This document shows positions 1 to 12,961 of a stretch of DNA of 64,000 nt, one piece after another (position 1 is the first letter of the stretch; each line of letters starts with the position of its first letter). Source of the DNA: Spirochaetia bacterium. Lineage in GTDB: Bacteria > Spirochaetota > Spirochaetia > SP-2023. Below the pieces are notes generated by a model that was given only the letters and a program-made list of their open reading frames with translations, was not told where the DNA came from and did not search any database. The position numbers and the translations under genes were made by a program. Location: NCBI GenBank assembly GCA_965225855.1, contig CBDDCK010000004.1, forward strand, positions 279,006-343,005. Reading direction: 5' to 3'.

Positions 1-3000
1 GCATACGGTAAACTTCTTGGACTTCGTCAACCAAAAAACGCTGCAAAGCATTTTCCCCTTGAATTTCCAGCACCGTATGCGGATCGACAGGGCCATCACA
101 TAAAGGCTCGGCAACGACAACAGGGTCGCCATCACGCACCAATAAATGTCTGCCCTGTGGAATTAAATGCCGGCTTTCATTGCCATATTGATCTTCGACA
201 ATCACTAAACGCTTACCTTTAAAAAGGCCACGGAATAATACAGTACCCGTAATGGAAGCCAGAACGGTAGCATTTTTAGGCCGCCGAGCTTCAAAAAGTT
301 CCACAACGCGCGGCAGACCACCGGTAATATCTTGCGTTTTTGCACTTTCTTTGAGCAACTTTGCCAAGATGCGCCCCGCCAAAATCGATGCTCCATCTTC
401 GACATTTAAATAAGAACCACCGGGTAAAAAGTAATTGCCAATAACCTCATCTTCTTGATCCAATAATTCAATGCGCGGTTCTAAACTTTGTGAAAATTGA
501 TCGGCAATCTTTTTCTCAATATTTCCCGTTTCTTCGTTTAGCTCTTCACGCAAGGTAACACCATTGATCAAATCCACAAAACGAACCGTACCCGCCTGCT
601 CGGCAATAATCGGATCACTAAAAGAATCAAATACCGCTATAGGCTCATCGATACCGACTATTTGGCCCACAGTAACACTAACATTCGAGCCATTTCTCAC
701 TTCTAAACGCTGTTCTTGAGCCACTAATAACAAGATATTATCACTATAAACTAAGAAAGCGGTTTGATGGGCTTCAATAATATCGCCTTGGCTATCAATA
801 ATCGGGACACCCTTTACCACTCGCTCGCCTGCTTCCAGCAATAACTTATCACCTTCGGCTAACTCATGCCTATCCAAAATCTTGGAAACAAATATATATC
901 CTTTACGAGTAAACAGTAGCCGATTATTGCCCATATTCAAATAATGGCCCTGAATGCTGCGCACCAACACTGGATATTTTAGAGCAATTTTATTGTCTTC
1001 GGCAATAGTTGAAGCCGTACCGCCAACATGGAAAGTACGCATAGTAAGCTGGGTACCCGGCTGGCCAATGGATTGTGCTGCCAAAATACCTACTGCTTCA
1101 CCCACATTCACCGTCTTGCGAGTAGATAAGTCGCGGCCATAGCAACGGCAACAAACACCGTAGCGGGCCTCACAAGTTAGCACGGTACGCACGCGTACTT
1201 CTTCAATGCCAATTTGTTCAATACTATCGGCCAGTGTGTCCGTAATTTCTTCATTCACATTGAGAATAAGCTCGCCTGTAATGGGGTGTTTCACTCGTTC
1301 AAGCGTATAGCTGCCACGAATGCGATCAGCCAAACTCTCAACAATTTCTTCACCGTCTTTAAGGGCAGACATCACGATACCGTTTATGGTTCCGCAATCT
1401 TCTTGATTCACCACTACATCTTGTGAAATATCAACTAGGCGGCGGGTAAGATAACCGGCATCGGCTGTCTTCAAAGCGGTGTCAGCTAAGCCCTTACGCG
1501 CACCATTAGTCGAAATAAAAAATTCAATTACCGAAAGGCCCTCTTTAAAATTGGAACGAATTGGCAACTCAATAATATCACCAGACGGCTTGGCCATGAG
1601 TCCACGCATACCAGCCAACTGGCGGATTTGGTTGCGAGAACCACGAGCCCCGGAGTCCGCCATAATATAGATATTGTTAAAACCTTGCTGATCTTCAGAA
1701 AGCAAATCCATCATCAAGCGCGTTAAATCTTCATTAGTTTTGCTCCAAACTTCCACTACGCGGTTATAACGCTCTTCATTGGTAATATGGCCTGAACGGT
1801 ACTGTTCTTGAATTTTGGCCACAGCTTGGTTGGACTGTTCGATCAATTCAGGTTTTTGTTTGGGCACCAAAATATCGTCAATGCCAATCGAACAACCCAA
1901 TAAAGTGGCGTTGTGAAAACCAATTTCTTTAATACAATCTAACAATTCTACCGTAACCGATGCTCCATTTTCTTCAAACGAACGCTCAATTAAACTGCGT
2001 AAACCCTTATCACCTAAAGTTTCATTGACAAAACCAATCTTTTTGGGGATACCTATATTAAACACCACACGGCCGGGAGTGGTCTCCAACCAACGAGATT
2101 CTGTTTCAGTATTTTCTTTCTTTAAGTATGGGTTTGGCACTTTAATCAGAGAGTGATGGGTAATTTGTTTAAAATCTAAAGCTTTAATTACTTCATTAAA
2201 ACTAGAGAAATGGCGTCCTTCACCTTTATCACCCTTGCGGGGTTTGGTCAGTAAATAAATGCCCAACACCATATCTTGCGATGGAAAAACGATGGACATG
2301 CCATTGGCAGGGTTCATCAAGTTTTTAGAAGCCAACATCAAAGACCAACACTCTACTTGAGCTGCTTGAGTTAGCGGCAAATGCACCGCCATTTGGTCTC
2401 CATCAAAGTCCGCATTAAACGCATGGCAAACTAAAGGATGCAATTGAATGGCTTTACCTTCTACTAGCACCGGCTCAAAAGCTTGAATACCCAAGCGGTG
2501 CAAAGTCGGCGCACGATTGAGCAATACAGGATGCTCACGCACCACTTCATCGAGCACGCCCCAAACTTCCTTGGTAGTTTGCTCAACTAAAGTCTTTGCT
2601 TTCTTGATATTAAAAACGACTTCTTTTTCTACTAATTTGCGCATGATAAATGGCTTATACAATTCCAAAGCCATTTTGGTTGGCAGACCACATTGGTGTA
2701 ATTTAAGCTGTGGCCCTACTACAATTACAGAACGGCCAGAATAATCGACACGTTTACCCAACAAGTTTTGGCGGAATCGGCCCTGCTTCCCTTTGAGCAA
2801 ATCAGATAGCGATTTTAAAGGACGATTAGCAGGCCCTTTATTTACTTTTTTGCGTTTGGAATTGTCCAGCAATGCATCGGTAGCTTCCTGCAACATGCAC
2901 TTTTCATTGCGGATAATTACCTCTGGAGCCGTCAGGCTCAGTAGCCTTCTAAGCCGATTGTTGCGATTGATCACACGGCGGTATAAATCATTCAAATCCG

Positions 3001-3754
3001 AAGTAGCAAAACGCCCGCCGTCCAATTGCACCATCGGGCGCAAATCCGGGGGAATAACCGGTATAACATCGAGAATCATCCATTTGGCTTGGTTGTCCGA
3101 CCGATTAAAATTTTCTACAATTTCAATGCGCTTGAGCAATTTTTTATCCGCTTTTGCACCTTTCTCAATCATCTTAGCGCGCAATTCTGCCGACAGTGAA
3201 TCTAAGTCCAAATTTTCCAACATTTGGCGAATACATTTTGCACCGATGCCCGCATTAAAAGCTTCGCCAAAACGGTCGCGCGCTTCTGAATATTCTTCCT
3301 CCGTCAAAAGCTGATGGACCTCCAACTCCGTATTGCCCGGATCGACCACAATATATTTTTCGTAATACAAAATGGCACGCAACGCACTTTGAGAAAGGCT
3401 TAACAACGCCCCCATACTCGATGGGATCGCCCGGTAATACCAAATATGCGATACCGGAGCAGCTAACTCAACATGCCCCATGCGCTCGCGCCGCACGCGA
3501 CTGTGAGTGATTTCCACACCACAGCGGTCGCAGACAACACCTTTATATCGAATAGATTTAAACTTACCACAAAAACATTCCCATTCTTTAGTCGTGCCAA
3601 AAATACGCTCACAAAATAAACCATCTTTTTCTGGGCGAAGGCTACGATAATTTATCGTTTCGGGTTTTCGAACTTCACCGTAAGACCAACTGCGAATTTG
3701 ATCAGGCGAAGCCAAGCGAATTTTTAAACTATCAAATTCTTGAATATCTTTCAT
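1..3754 (-). CDS. rpoC: RNA polymerase beta' subunit (3' end runs off window start)
   Basis: Manual translation: [53 protein letters not shown]..., [12 protein letters not shown] active-site motif near 2390-2420, same frame ends ...QEVYRM at position 2; absent from the ORF track because there is no stop in the window. Confidence 0.98.
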   Translation of the reverse strand, partial: MKDIQEFDSLKIRLASPDQIRSWSYGEVRKPETINYRSLRPEKDGLFCERIFGTTKEWECFCGKFKSIRYKGVVCDRCGVEITHSRVRRERMGHVELAAPVSHIWYYRAIPSSMGALLSLSQSALRAILYYEKYIVVDPGNTELEVHQLLTEEEYSEARDRFGEAFNAGIGAKCIRQMLENLDLDSLSAELRAKMIEKGAKADKKLLKRIEIVENFNRSDNQAKWMILDVIPVIPPDLRPMVQLDGGRFATSDLNDLYRRVINRNNRLRRLLSLTAPEVIIRNEKCMLQEATDALLDNSKRKKVNKGPANRPLKSLSDLLKGKQGRFRQNLLGKRVDYSGRSVIVVGPQLKLHQCGLPTKMALELYKPFIMRKLVEKEVVFNIKKAKTLVEQTTKEVWGVLDEVVREHPVLLNRAPTLHRLGIQAFEPVLVEGKAIQLHPLVCHAFNADFDGDQMAVHLPLTQAAQVECWSLMLASKNLMNPANGMSIVFPSQDMVLGIYLLTKPRKGDKGEGRHFSSFNEVIKALDFKQITHHSLIKVPNPYLKKENTETESRWLETTPGRVVFNIGIPKKIGFVNETLGDKGLRSLIERSFEENGASVTVELLDCIKEIGFHNATLLGCSIGIDDILVPKQKPELIEQSNQAVAKIQEQYRSGHITNEERYNRVVEVWSKTNEDLTRLMMDLLSEDQQGFNNIYIMADSGARGSRNQIRQLAGMRGLMAKPSGDIIELPIRSNFKEGLSVIEFFISTNGARKGLADTALKTADAGYLTRRLVDISQDVVVNQEDCGTINGIVMSALKDGEEIVESLADRIRGSYTLERVKHPITGELILNVNEEITDTLADSIEQIGIEEVRVRTVLTCEARYGVCCRCYGRDLSTRKTVNVGEAVGILAAQSIGQPGTQLTMRTFHVGGTASTIAEDNKIALKYPVLVRSIQGHYLNMGNNRLLFTRKGYIFVSKILDRHELAEGDKLLLEAGERVVKGVPIIDSQGDIIEAHQTAFLVYSDNILLLVAQEQRLEVRNGSNVSVTVGQIVGIDEPIAVFDSFSDPIIAEQAGTVRFVDLINGVTLREELNEETGNIEKKIADQFSQSLEPRIELLDQEDEVIGNYFLPGGSYLNVEDGASILAGRILAKLLKESAKTQDITGGLPRVVELFEARRPKNATVLASITGTVLFRGLFKGKRLVIVEDQYGNESRHLIPQGRHLLVRDGDPVVVAEPLCDGPVDPHTVLEIQGENALQRFLVDEVQEVYRM

Positions 3755-3774
3755 TGGTATAACTCCCTACTTTT

Positions 3775-6700
3775 TTACAAAGTATCTTGACTATTGTTAA
3801 TCAATTCTTCATCGCGTTCGGTTAAAGGCAATTGTTTGCCATTGCCATTGTAAACCGAAACATCTAAGGCCAAACCACGTAACTCTTGCACCAACACATT
3901 AAACGATTCGGGAATACCCGAAGCCGAAGCGGGGTCGCCTTTGACAATACTTTCATACACATGAACTCTACCATTCATATCATCTGACTTAACGGTCATC
4001 AATTCTTGCAAGGTATGGGAAGCACCGTAAGCCTCCAAGGCCCATACTTCCATTTCTCCAAGGCGTTGGCCACCAAACTGGGCTTTACCACCTAAAGGCT
4101 GCTGAGTTACCAATGAATACGGGCCAGTCGAACGAGCATGCATCTTATCATCAACCAAATGATGCAGTTTCAAATAGTACATATAACCAACCAGTATGGG
4201 GTTATCAAAAGCCTCTCCAGTCTTGCCATCAAAAACTTTCATTTTAGAAGAACCAGAAACACCAGACTCTTCTAATAAACGACTAACTTTTTCTACATCG
4301 GGTGAGAGAAAAACAGGGGCTTCATACAGTTTGCCCAAACGTTTTCCAACATGACCCAACATCGTTTCCAATATTTGGCCAATATTCATACGCGAAGGAA
4401 TACCCAGCGGATTCAAACAAATTTCCAAAGGGGTGCCATCTTCTAAAAATGGCATATCTTCTTCTGGCAAAATGCGAGCAACAACACCTTTATTTCCGTG
4501 CCGCCCAGCCATTTTATCCCCTTCTTTCAGTTTGCGCTTAGTAGCCAAAACAACCTTGACAACCTCATTAACACCCGGATCGAGGTTATCACCAGCCGAA
4601 CGAGCCAAACGCTGAATTTCGACAACAGTACCTTCTACTCCGTGAGGCAACTTGAGCGAAGTATCGCGCACATCACGGGCTTTTTCACCAAAAATGGAGT
4701 TGAGTAAACGAAATTCGGGGGTAATATCCGATTCCGATTTGGGGGTAATTCGTCCAACTAAAATATCGCCAGAATGAACACGGGCACCAATGCGAACAAT
4801 CCCTTCTTCGTCTAAATGCCCTAAATTTTTGTCAGCGATATTGGGTATATCACGAGTAATTTTATCCAAACCCAATTTGGTTTCCCGAATTTGAATCGAA
4901 AATTCTTTAATATGAATAGAGGTATAGTAGTCATTTTTCACAACTTTTTGCGAAATCAATACCGCATCTTCAAAATTATAGCCATTCCAAGGTACAAAAC
5001 CTACCAATAAATTTCGACCCAAGGCCAATTCACCTTTATCGGTCGCCGGCCCATCGGCAATCAAGCCACCTTTGGCAACTCTATCTCCTTGCTCTACCAA
5101 TGGACGCTGATGGAAGGCGGTATCTTGGTTGGTTCGCCCATACTGAACTAAAGGATAAACCGTCTCTTTTTCTTCCCCATCATGCAAAATACGTATTTCA
5201 CAAGATGTAACATAGGTTACTTCACCTGCTTCGCGCGCCTTAGCCACCACTCCAGCATCATAAGCAGCTTTGGCTTCCATGCCCGTACCCACTACTGGTG
5301 CTTCAGGAAATAATAATGGCACAGCTTGGCGTTGCATGTTACAACCCATCAAAGCACGGTTTGCATCATCATGCTCCAAAAAGGGAATCAATGAAGCTGC
5401 TGTGGAAATAATTTGGCGTGGAGAGACGTCCATGTATTCAATTTCTTCGGGCATTTTATTGGTGTAATCGCCCGAACGCCGCACAGCAACTAACTCATCG
5501 ATAAAATTGCCATCACTGTCTAGCTGCGCCGAGGCTTGAGCAATATAGCATCTCTCTTCATCAATTGCTGAAAGATATTCAATTTTATCACTGACTTTGC
5601 CCTCTATTACTCGGCGGTAAGGAGTTTCCAAAAAACCAAATTCATTGATGCGAGTATAATTTGCTAGCGACACAATCAAACCGATATTCGGGCCTTCTGG
5701 TGTTTCAATAGGGCACATTCGGCCATAGTGAGAATAGTGCACATCGCGAACTTCAAAACCTGCACGATCACGCGAAAGGCCACCCGGGCCTAACGCATTC
5801 AACCTACGCTTATGTGTCAATTCCGCTAAAGGGTTTATTTGCTCCATAAATTGAGACAATTGACTGCTACCAAAAAACTCTTTAATGGCAGAAACAATCG
5901 GCTTCGTGGAAATCAAGTCTTGAGGGTTCAAAGTTTCCGCATCTTTGAGCGGCATGCGCTCACGCACAATGCGCTCCATACGGTTAAAAGCTGTCTTGAG
6001 TTGATTCGCCATCAATTCCCCTACCGAACGAACCCGGCGGTTTCCCATATGATCGATATCATCGACTGACTCATAGCCTTCATAAACTTTTATTAAATGC
6101 TTAGTTGCTAAAATAATATCTTCAATACTCAAAACTTGTAGATCGCTAGGAGATTGGCTATTCAATTTTTTATTCAATTTATAACGACCCACCTTTCCCA
6201 AGTCATAACGACGGGCCGAAAAAAATATACTCTGCAATTCCCTATCTGCTATTTCCACCGTTACCGGGTCTCCCGGCTGTAAAGTGGAATACACCAGACT
6301 CAGTGCATCTTCTCGCGAAGGCTCATCTTTTTTGTTCTCTAAATTCTCTGAAAACAAACCACCTTCGCGCTCAAAACAATTTAAGATCAACACAGAATCT
6401 AATGAATCCACAGCATGCATATCGATAACGGTTATGGAACTCACTTTACTATGCTGTAAATCATCAATATCGTGGGGCATCAATTTTTCACCAGCGCGGT
6501 AGAGTTTGCGCTCATTGCCATTTTCATCGACAATGTAGACCGCTTTTGCCAAATACGAACCTGGCAGCTCTTTTGCTGATTTTTGCGATAGTTTGACAAC
6601 TTTCGATTTGTAAAAAGCGGCAATAATTTCTTCACGGGTACTCAAACCCAAAGCACGAAAAAACATAGTCGTTAAAAATTTTTTTCTGCGGTCAATTTTG

Positions 6701-7293
6701 GTATAGAGAATTTCTTTTTTTGCATCTATTTCTAAATCTAACCAAGAACCACGATAAGGTATTACCTGCGCAGAATAAACGCCTTTATCATAGTTGAAAA
6801 TTACACCCGGCGAACGGTGCAATTGAGAGACAACAATACGCTCAATACCATTGATAATAAAGGTACCGCGATCAGTCATAATGGGAATATCTCCCATATA
6901 AATTTCTTTTTGACGAATTTCGCCCGTATGCTGAAAAATTAAGTTGATCCGTGCTTTTAATGGAACAGCATATGTATGCCCTTTGCGTTTACACTCCGTT
7001 TCGGAAAAACGCACACCATGATAATCAAGAGTAAAATCGACATATTCAATCAACAAATCACCACTGGGGCTTTCAATAGGAAACACAGAATTAAAAACAT
7101 CTTCAAGGTTTTGACTAATTTTCCCTTCTCCAGTAGCCCCAGTAGATAAAAAGCGATCATAAGATAAGGTCTGAACTTCTACGAGATTCGGCAACGCTAA
7201 GACTTCATTGTATTTCTCACCAATATAAGTTCTCTCACTTTTACTCATTGGGCTTTTTAAAGCAATGTTTTTTGTCTCTTCGCCCACAGACAT
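3775..7293 (-). CDS. rpoB: RNA polymerase beta subunit
   Basis: [29 protein letters not shown] motifs; likely ATG at 7293 after GAGGAG RBS (ORF track starts at 7323). Confidence 0.99.
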   Translation of the reverse strand: MSVGEETKNIALKSPMSKSERTYIGEKYNEVLALPNLVEVQTLSYDRFLSTGATGEGKISQNLEDVFNSVFPIESPSGDLLIEYVDFTLDYHGVRFSETECKRKGHTYAVPLKARINLIFQHTGEIRQKEIYMGDIPIMTDRGTFIINGIERIVVSQLHRSPGVIFNYDKGVYSAQVIPYRGSWLDLEIDAKKEILYTKIDRRKKFLTTMFFRALGLSTREEIIAAFYKSKVVKLSQKSAKELPGSYLAKAVYIVDENGNERKLYRAGEKLMPHDIDDLQHSKVSSITVIDMHAVDSLDSVLILNCFEREGGLFSENLENKKDEPSREDALSLVYSTLQPGDPVTVEIADRELQSIFFSARRYDLGKVGRYKLNKKLNSQSPSDLQVLSIEDIILATKHLIKVYEGYESVDDIDHMGNRRVRSVGELMANQLKTAFNRMERIVRERMPLKDAETLNPQDLISTKPIVSAIKEFFGSSQLSQFMEQINPLAELTHKRRLNALGPGGLSRDRAGFEVRDVHYSHYGRMCPIETPEGPNIGLIVSLANYTRINEFGFLETPYRRVIEGKVSDKIEYLSAIDEERCYIAQASAQLDSDGNFIDELVAVRRSGDYTNKMPEEIEYMDVSPRQIISTAASLIPFLEHDDANRALMGCNMQRQAVPLLFPEAPVVGTGMEAKAAYDAGVVAKAREAGEVTYVTSCEIRILHDGEEKETVYPLVQYGRTNQDTAFHQRPLVEQGDRVAKGGLIADGPATDKGELALGRNLLVGFVPWNGYNFEDAVLISQKVVKNDYYTSIHIKEFSIQIRETKLGLDKITRDIPNIADKNLGHLDEEGIVRIGARVHSGDILVGRITPKSESDITPEFRLLNSIFGEKARDVRDTSLKLPHGVEGTVVEIQRLARSAGDNLDPGVNEVVKVVLATKRKLKEGDKMAGRHGNKGVVARILPEEDMPFLEDGTPLEICLNPLGIPSRMNIGQILETMLGHVGKRLGKLYEAPVFLSPDVEKVSRLLEESGVSGSSKMKVFDGKTGEAFDNPILVGYMYYLKLHHLVDDKMHARSTGPYSLVTQQPLGGKAQFGGQRLGEMEVWALEAYGASHTLQELMTVKSDDMNGRVHVYESIVKGDPASASGIPESFNVLVQELRGLALDVSVYNGNGKQLPLTERDEELINNSQDTL

Positions 7294-7358
7294 CTCTCCT
7301 CGTATTTTCAAAATAATGTTCAATCACAACCACTCAAAGTTACCAGCTTTACATTAAC

Positions 7359-7396
7359 AAAGACGGAGTATAACCGAAATTACAACTCCGCCCTTT
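7359..7396 (-). terminator. Hairpin/attenuator between rplL and rpoB
   Basis: Minus strand GGGCGGAGT...ACTCCGTC stem followed by TTTGTT. Confidence 0.55.
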
Positions 7397-7563
7397 ATAA
7401 GTTTGTTCTGTATATCTTTGGATAAAACAGATGCGAACGCAAATAGACTTTAGGCTGCAAACACCAGAAACACAAAGCCAACATTCCATTATGCAATTAT
7501 TCCATGAAATAAAACGAAAATGAAATTAAGCTTGTCTTACAAACTGTACCTATATAAGCCCAA

Positions 7564-7935
7564 TTATTTGACTTCGACTTTTGCACCAGCAGCCTCAAGT
7601 TTCCCTTTAAGCGCTGTAGCCTCTTCTTTTGAAAGACCTTCTTTCACAGTTTTCCCTGGATTTTCCACAAATTCTTTGGCACTCTTCAAGTCTAAACCTG
7701 TAACACTGCGAATTTCTTTAATCAAAGGAATTTTCTTGCTATCATCGATACCCGCCAGAATTACGTCAAATTCGGTCTGCTCTTCTTCTGCGGGAGCACC
7801 AGCTGTTGGCATCGCCATTGCAGCTACAGGCGCAGCAGCACTCACGCCAAATTTTTCTTCCAGTGCTTTGACCAATTCTGAAACTTCCAACACTGTCAAT
7901 TTACTGATTTCTTCAACCAGATTTTCTATCGCCAT
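7564..7935 (-). CDS. rplL: 50S ribosomal protein L7/L12
   Basis: [37 protein letters not shown]. Confidence 0.98.
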   Translation of the reverse strand: MAIENLVEEISKLTVLEVSELVKALEEKFGVSAAAPVAAMAMPTAGAPAEEEQTEFDVILAGIDDSKKIPLIKEIRSVTGLDLKSAKEFVENPGKTVKEGLSKEEATALKGKLEAAGAKVEVK

Positions 7936-8042
7936 ATTATCTTCCTCCTAATTTAATTTTTATTAGACAGCAGCATGACGATAGCAAAAAATTGCCGAAG
8001 GCTGGCTGTCTATTTTTTATCATAGTTATACTCTTGCTTTTC

Positions 8043-8561
8043 CTACTTTTCCTTGATGGCATTTAATGCATAAAGCAATTGAGCAATAGAAGCATTTAAC
8101 ACGCCCACAGTTTGTTGCGCAGGGGCATTCAGTGTAGCGAGCAATTGAGCAATAAGCTCGGACTTACTGGGTAATTTAGAAAATGCGATTAAACGCTCTT
8201 GATCAAAAAGATTACCATCAATAACACCACTCTTCATATCTAGCGGATTATCCCTAGGAAATTCTACAATCGCTTTAACAGCCCCACTGGCATCATCAGA
8301 CATAACCGCAATAGCCGTTGGCCCTTTAAGCGATTCTTCTTGATAAGGCTTTTGTTGTTGATCGAGCGCAATTTTTAAATAATTATTTTTAATAACATGA
8401 AATCGCGCACCTTGCTGACGCAATTTTTTGCGTAGATTGGTAATCTCTTTTACGGTCAGACCACGGTAATTGACAAAAACATAATTATTGCAATCATCTA
8501 GCAAATTCCGTAACTCTACTACGGCATCTTTTTTGTATTGCTGAATTTTCTTCTCCATCAT
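8043..8561 (-). CDS. rplJ: 50S ribosomal protein L10
   Basis: YRGLTVKEITNLRK, KNN, GPTAIA, LPSKSELIAQL; position in operon. Confidence 0.96.
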   Translation of the reverse strand: MMEKKIQQYKKDAVVELRNLLDDCNNYVFVNYRGLTVKEITNLRKKLRQQGARFHVIKNNYLKIALDQQQKPYQEESLKGPTAIAVMSDDASGAVKAIVEFPRDNPLDMKSGVIDGNLFDQERLIAFSKLPSKSELIAQLLATLNAPAQQTVGVLNASIAQLLYALNAIKEK

Positions 8562-8569
8562 AATCCTCC

Positions 8570-9256
8570 TTATACCGTAACACTGTTTAAATCAACCGAA
8601 ACACCAGGGCCCATAGTCGAAGCAATAGAAAGCCTCTGAATATATTCGCCTTTAACATCGCTAGGACGTTTTGCTTGAAGACTTTCCAACAGAGCCAAAA
8701 GATTCTGTTTGATTTTGTCATCATCCATCGACTTTACTTTGCCAATAGCCAAATGAACAACTCCGCCTTTATCTGCCCGAAATTCAGTGCGCCCTTGTTT
8801 GAGCTCTGCCAATGCACCTTTCACATCCATCGTAACAGTACGAGTTTTGGGATTCGGCATCATGCCTCTGCGCCCCAAAATTTGACCCAGCTTACCGACA
8901 TTTTTCATCATATCAGGTGTTGCTACGCAAACATCAAAGTCAAGCCAGCCACCTTGAATTTTTGTAACTAAGTGCGCACCTCCAACATAAGTAGCACCCG
9001 CTTCTTCTGCTTCTTTTGCTTTATCACCTTGAGCAAAAACCAATACGCGAGCCTCTGCACGAAACTGATTGGGCAACACAACCGTATCGCGAACAGAATG
9101 ACTTTTCTTCAAATTTAATTTAGCCGCAACTTCTATCGTTTCATCAAAGCGCGCATACGAAATCTTTTTAACCAATTGAACAGCTTCATCAACGTGCACA
9201 GGTGCTTTTGCAACTTGTTCTGCTGCAGCACGAATTTTTTTACCTTTTTTCGCCAT
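8570..9256 (-). CDS. rplA: 50S ribosomal protein L1
   Basis: FDETIE, ATPDMM, GMMPNPK, STMGPG. Confidence 0.98.
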   Translation of the reverse strand: MAKKGKKIRAAAEQVAKAPVHVDEAVQLVKKISYARFDETIEVAAKLNLKKSHSVRDTVVLPNQFRAEARVLVFAQGDKAKEAEEAGATYVGGAHLVTKIQGGWLDFDVCVATPDMMKNVGKLGQILGRRGMMPNPKTRTVTMDVKGALAELKQGRTEFRADKGGVVHLAIGKVKSMDDDKIKQNLLALLESLQAKRPSDVKGEYIQRLSIASTMGPGVSVDLNSVTV

Positions 9257-9261
9257 AATAC

Positions 9262-9699
9262 TTATGCCTCAACAGTAATGCCCATACTCCGGGCGGTGCC
9301 TGAAATAATCTTGATAGCAGCTTCAATATCATTTGCATTCAAGTCTGGCATCTTTGTCTCTGCAATTTGCTGAACTTGAGTGCGAGTTACAGCAGCAACT
9401 TTCTCTTTATGAGGAAGTTTAGAACCTTTATCAATTTTCGCAGCCTTTTTAATTAAAACAGAAGCTGGCGGGGTTTTCAGAATAAACTCATAAGTACGAT
9501 CACTATATACGGTTATCTCAACTGGAATAATTAGCCCCGGCTCCATATTTTTGGTAGCATCATTAAACTGCTGCACAAACTGCGGGGCACTAACACCATG
9601 TGGCCCTAGAGCAGGCCCAATGGGCGGTGCTGGGGTCGCCTTACTAGCAGGTGCCTGCAACTTTATCATTGCCTTAACAATTTTTTTCTTCTTAGCCAT
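9262..9699 (-). CDS. rplK: 50S ribosomal protein L11
   Basis: [30 protein letters not shown] at 9699 after GGAGG. Confidence 0.98.
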   Translation of the reverse strand: MAKKKKIVKAMIKLQAPASKATPAPPIGPALGPHGVSAPQFVQQFNDATKNMEPGLIIPVEITVYSDRTYEFILKTPPASVLIKKAAKIDKGSKLPHKEKVAAVTRTQVQQIAETKMPDLNANDIEAAIKIISGTARSMGITVEA

Positions 9700-9767
9700 A
9701 TATCCTCCTGTGATACAAACACCGCTGACCAAACGGTTCCCACCATTTTCTCTTGTACGAGAAATAT

Positions 9768-10325
9768 TTAAATAATTCTCTCTACTTCATCAAATTCAAG
9801 CTCTACCGGCGTATCACGCCCAAAGATAGCAACCATCACTCTAAGTTTATTTTGTCCTGAAAAAATTTGATCGACACGACCGGTAAAAGTTTCAAATGGC
9901 CCAGAGATAATTTTCAGTTCCTCGCCCATTTTATACCCTTCGCGAACTTGAAATTTAACATCCGATTTAATATCGCCACTTCGCTGCAAAATAGAGCGAG
10001 CTTCCTCTTTAGAAATTGGCTGCGGCTTGTCTTTCTTTGAATAGCCGACAAAACCCGTAACGCCTTGCAAAGCACGCAATTCAGAACAAATATCTTTCCA
10101 GTCTTCACGCGGCAAATCCATTTCGACCAAGACATAACCCGGCAAAAATTTTTTATTAATATTGCGTTTCTTACCATTGCGAATTTCAACAACAGTTTCC
10201 GAAGGAACCTTAACCGCATTCAAAATACCGTCAAATCTACCACTAGTTATTATATTTTGAATATATTTTTCAATTTTACTTTCTTGACTAGTCAACGCTT
10301 TTAAAACATACCAACCCATTGCCAT
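9768..10325 (-). CDS. nusG: Transcription termination/antitermination factor NusG
   Basis: [18 protein letters not shown] motif [15 protein letters not shown]. Confidence 0.97.
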   Translation of the reverse strand: MAMGWYVLKALTSQESKIEKYIQNIITSGRFDGILNAVKVPSETVVEIRNGKKRNINKKFLPGYVLVEMDLPREDWKDICSELRALQGVTGFVGYSKKDKPQPISKEEARSILQRSGDIKSDVKFQVREGYKMGEELKIISGPFETFTGRVDQIFSGQNKLRVMVAIFGRDTPVELEFDEVERII

Positions 10326-10416
10326 ACTTGCTCTCTCCTCAGCTGATTTTCTAGTTCACAAATGCTTATAACAAATGCAAATATTACTACATCAGGAATC
10401 GTATATAGTAACCAGA

Positions 10417-10593
10417 CTATGCTCCCAACAGCAGCAGCAACAAAGTACGCACTAAACTATCTATCCCAAAAAAAAACACAACAAACAAAAATGTGGACAA
10501 CAACATCACCTTCGATGCCGATACAACTGTGTCTCGACTAGGCCAAGTAACTTTTTTAAATTCCACAACACATTCACGGATAAATTTTAACAT
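10417..10593 (-). CDS. secE: Preprotein translocase subunit SecE
   Basis: EFKKVTWP motif plus one TM helix, between tRNA-Trp and nusG. Confidence 0.92.
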   Translation of the reverse strand: MLKFIRECVVEFKKVTWPSRDTVVSASKVMLLSTFLFVVFFFGIDSLVRTLLLLLLGA

Positions 10594-10676
10594 TTTCAAT
10601 CGACCCAATTCACTTTAGCAATATTATTAAAAACATAAGAAAAGAAATTATATAAAGACAATAACCTTAAATACAA

Positions 10677-10749
10677 CAGGCCAGGCAGGACTCGAACCTG
10701 CAACCCCTGGTTTTGGAGACCAGTGCTCTACCAATTGAACTACTGACCT
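10677..10749 (-). tRNA. tRNA-Trp(CCA)
   Basis: AGGTCAGTAGTTCAATTGGTAGAGCACTGGTCTCCAAAACCAGGGGTTGCAGGTTCGAGTCCTGCCTGGCCTG cloverleaf. Confidence 0.96.
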
Positions 10750-10759
10750 AAAATTCTTG

Positions 10760-10936
10760 CTATTTAATCTTTCCTTCTTTATGGGTTACAGATGCTTTAC
10801 ACCACTTGCAATATTTTTTCAGCTCTAGCTTTTCCTGTGTATTCCTGCGATTTTTGCGAGTTGTATAATTTCGACGAGAACAATTACCACAACGAAGCGA
10901 TATAAGCTCTACAGCTGTTTTTTTACTTTTTGCCAT
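10760..10936 (-). CDS. rpmG: 50S ribosomal protein L33 (Zn-binding type), 58 aa
   Basis: Manual translation MAKSKKTAVELISLRCGNCSRRNYTTRKNRRNTQEKLELKKYCKWCKASVTHKEGKIK; too short for the ORF track. Confidence 0.95.
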   Translation of the reverse strand: MAKSKKTAVELISLRCGNCSRRNYTTRKNRRNTQEKLELKKYCKWCKASVTHKEGKIK

Positions 10937-10974
10937 ATTAAAATTCTCTCACAATGCGAATCCTCAATAAATTT

Positions 10975-11047
10975 AGCCTCCGACCGGATTTGAACCGGTG
11001 ACTCCAACCTTACCATGGTTGTGCTCTACCTACTGAGCTACAGAGGC
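10975..11047 (-). tRNA. tRNA-Thr(GGT)
   Basis: GCCTCTGTAGCTCAGTAGGTAGAGCACAACCATGGTAAGGTTGGAGTCACCGGTTCAAATCCGGTCGGAGGCT. Confidence 0.95.
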
Positions 11048-11151
11048 ATTAAGGAAATTTGCGCTTACTCTAAGGAATCAAAAAAATTTTGTCAACTAAA
11101 ATGTCAATATTGTTTGACCTTTTTTACCAATCAATTTCTTACCAATTAGCT

Positions 11152-11192
11152 AAAATTTTGCTTGACATAATCAAAATAACATGCGATATAAT
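11152..11192 (+). promoter_or_regulatory. Sigma70-like promoter, copy 1 of a 34-bp direct repeat
   Basis: TTGACA 11162-67, TATAAT 11187-92 (19-nt spacer); 11152-11185 is identical to 12916-12949. Confidence 0.6.
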
Positions 11193-11228
11193 ACTTTGAT
11201 TTTATAACTCAAGGGAAATACTGGAATT

Positions 11229-11891
11229 ATGAGACTCTACTTAGACACTGCCGATGAAGCAGAATGGCGGGCACTATTGCCACTGGGCCTATTTTTTGGT
11301 GTTACCACCAACCCGCTACTCACCAGCCGCGCTGGACTTTTGTATCACAATATAGATTGGCAAGGAATGGTTGATCGCGCGGCTGCCTTAGGCGCACAAG
11401 AATTTCACGCTCAAATTATCGGAGATGAACAGTATGCTGTGGATTTTGCCAAGCAATTGTACCAAGCTGGAGAAGCGAGTGGCATTACCACTGTAGTTAA
11501 GATACCTTTAACACAATTGGGCATAGGCTTGACGCGCCAAATACAAGATTTGGGTTGTAAGGTACTGATGACTACGTGCTATAGTGCTAAGCAAATGGTC
11601 ATAGCCCAGTGCCTAGGAGCGCAATACATTGCCCCGTATTTTGGCCGCATGGTTGAAATGGGCTTAGATGCACAGCAGCAAATGCGCCAAATCGCAGCCA
11701 TACGTAAATGTGGCAGTTGCGTGCCGCTAGTTGCTTCGCTACGCAATACCAACCAGATATTACAACTGACCGAATTGGGTTATGACCACTTTACAATTTC
11801 ACCAGTGCTGGCCCACAATTTGATGCACGATGAAATATCTTTGCAGGCGGCACAAGAATTTGAAATTGCGGCAAAGGAAGTGAAAACGTGA
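11229..11891 (+). CDS. Transaldolase/fructose-6-phosphate aldolase family protein
   Basis: LYLDTAD, GVTTNP, VVKIP (Schiff-base Lys), YIAPYFGR. Confidence 0.88.
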   Translation: MRLYLDTADEAEWRALLPLGLFFGVTTNPLLTSRAGLLYHNIDWQGMVDRAAALGAQEFHAQIIGDEQYAVDFAKQLYQAGEASGITTVVKIPLTQLGIGLTRQIQDLGCKVLMTTCYSAKQMVIAQCLGAQYIAPYFGRMVEMGLDAQQQMRQIAAIRKCGSCVPLVASLRNTNQILQLTELGYDHFTISPVLAHNLMHDEISLQAAQEFEIAAKEVKT

Positions 11892-12841
11892 TTGTCGTTG
11901 GTGGCGAGAACTTAATCGATCTGGTCGCACAAGCTGGAGAGCATACAGCCCTACCGGAATATAGTACTAGCTATACTGCGATTCCAGGTGGCTCGCCTTA
12001 CAATTGCGCGTTGGCAATTGCGCGGCAAGGTGGGCAGGTAACCTATGCCACCCCTATTTCCAACGACAACTTCGGTGAATTGCTGGCCGCCAAGCTAAAA
12101 CGCAGCAATGTGGTTTTGGGGGTTGAGTGCTGCGCTCTGCCGACATCGCTGGCTATCGTTTTCGTTTCCCAAGGTATTGCCAATTATCAATTTTACCGCC
12201 AAGGCACTGCCGATAGAGCGGTAACCAGAGAACTAATTGCTAAAGCTTGCCCGCCGGATATGACTATTTTTCATATCGGTTCAATTGCATTGATCGACGG
12301 AGAGGATTCTCAAGTTTGGCAAGAGCATTTTACAAGTTGTTATAAACAAAATATTATTACATCATTTGACCCAAACGTACGGCCAGTGTTAGTTACCGAG
12401 CCAACGGCATATCGAAAGCGCATACTTTATATACTAGAGAAAACCGATATTCTCAAGCTTAGCGATGAAGATTTGGGCTTTATCATACCGCATTTGAGCA
12501 GTGATGCCAGCTTTGACGAGCTTTTTCAGCGAACTACGGCCAAAGTGATTATCTTGACCAAAGGCAAGGAAGGTGCGCTGGTCCAAACGGGGAACAACCG
12601 CTTTCATGTTCCAGCATTTTCGGCTAGCCCTTTGGTCGATACCGTTGGTGCTGGTGATACATTTATGGGCACAATTTTATGTGAGCTTCAACGCCAAGGT
12701 TTTGACAGTCGGGATAAACTGACTGCTCTAAAGTCCGTTAATCTTCGCAAAATTGTTGAGCGCGCCAACCGAGCGGCCGCCATCAACTGCCAGCAAAAAG
12801 GTTGTGAACCACCGTACCTAGAGCAGCTTGCTGACAATTAG
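11888..12841 (+). CDS. PfkB family carbohydrate kinase (fructokinase-like)
   Basis: GGSPYN, FDPNVRP, DTVGAGDTF. Confidence 0.92.
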   Translation: MIVVGGENLIDLVAQAGEHTALPEYSTSYTAIPGGSPYNCALAIARQGGQVTYATPISNDNFGELLAAKLKRSNVVLGVECCALPTSLAIVFVSQGIANYQFYRQGTADRAVTRELIAKACPPDMTIFHIGSIALIDGEDSQVWQEHFTSCYKQNIITSFDPNVRPVLVTEPTAYRKRILYILEKTDILKLSDEDLGFIIPHLSSDASFDELFQRTTAKVIILTKGKEGALVQTGNNRFHVPAFSASPLVDTVGAGDTFMGTILCELQRQGFDSRDKLTALKSVNLRKIVERANRAAAINCQQKGCEPPYLEQLADN

Positions 12842-12915
12842 CAAATAACTATATCTTGATGAAGGCAAAGCTCTATGGTAATTATCAACCCTATCAAGTT
12901 AGCTCAAATTTTAGC

Positions 12916-12957
12916 AAAATTTTGCTTGACATAATCAAAATAACATGCGTAAATACT
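12916..12957 (+). promoter_or_regulatory. Promoter copy 2 (repeat of 11152-11185)
   Basis: AAAATTTTGCTTGACATAATCAAAATAACATGCG directly upstream of the AKR ATG at 12962. Confidence 0.55.
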
Positions 12958-12961
12958 ACAT

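Noticed and set aside
205..6502. Short ORFs overlapping rpoB/rpoC (e.g. 2793-3314, 205-405)
   Set aside because: Antisense or alternate-frame shadows of conserved genes
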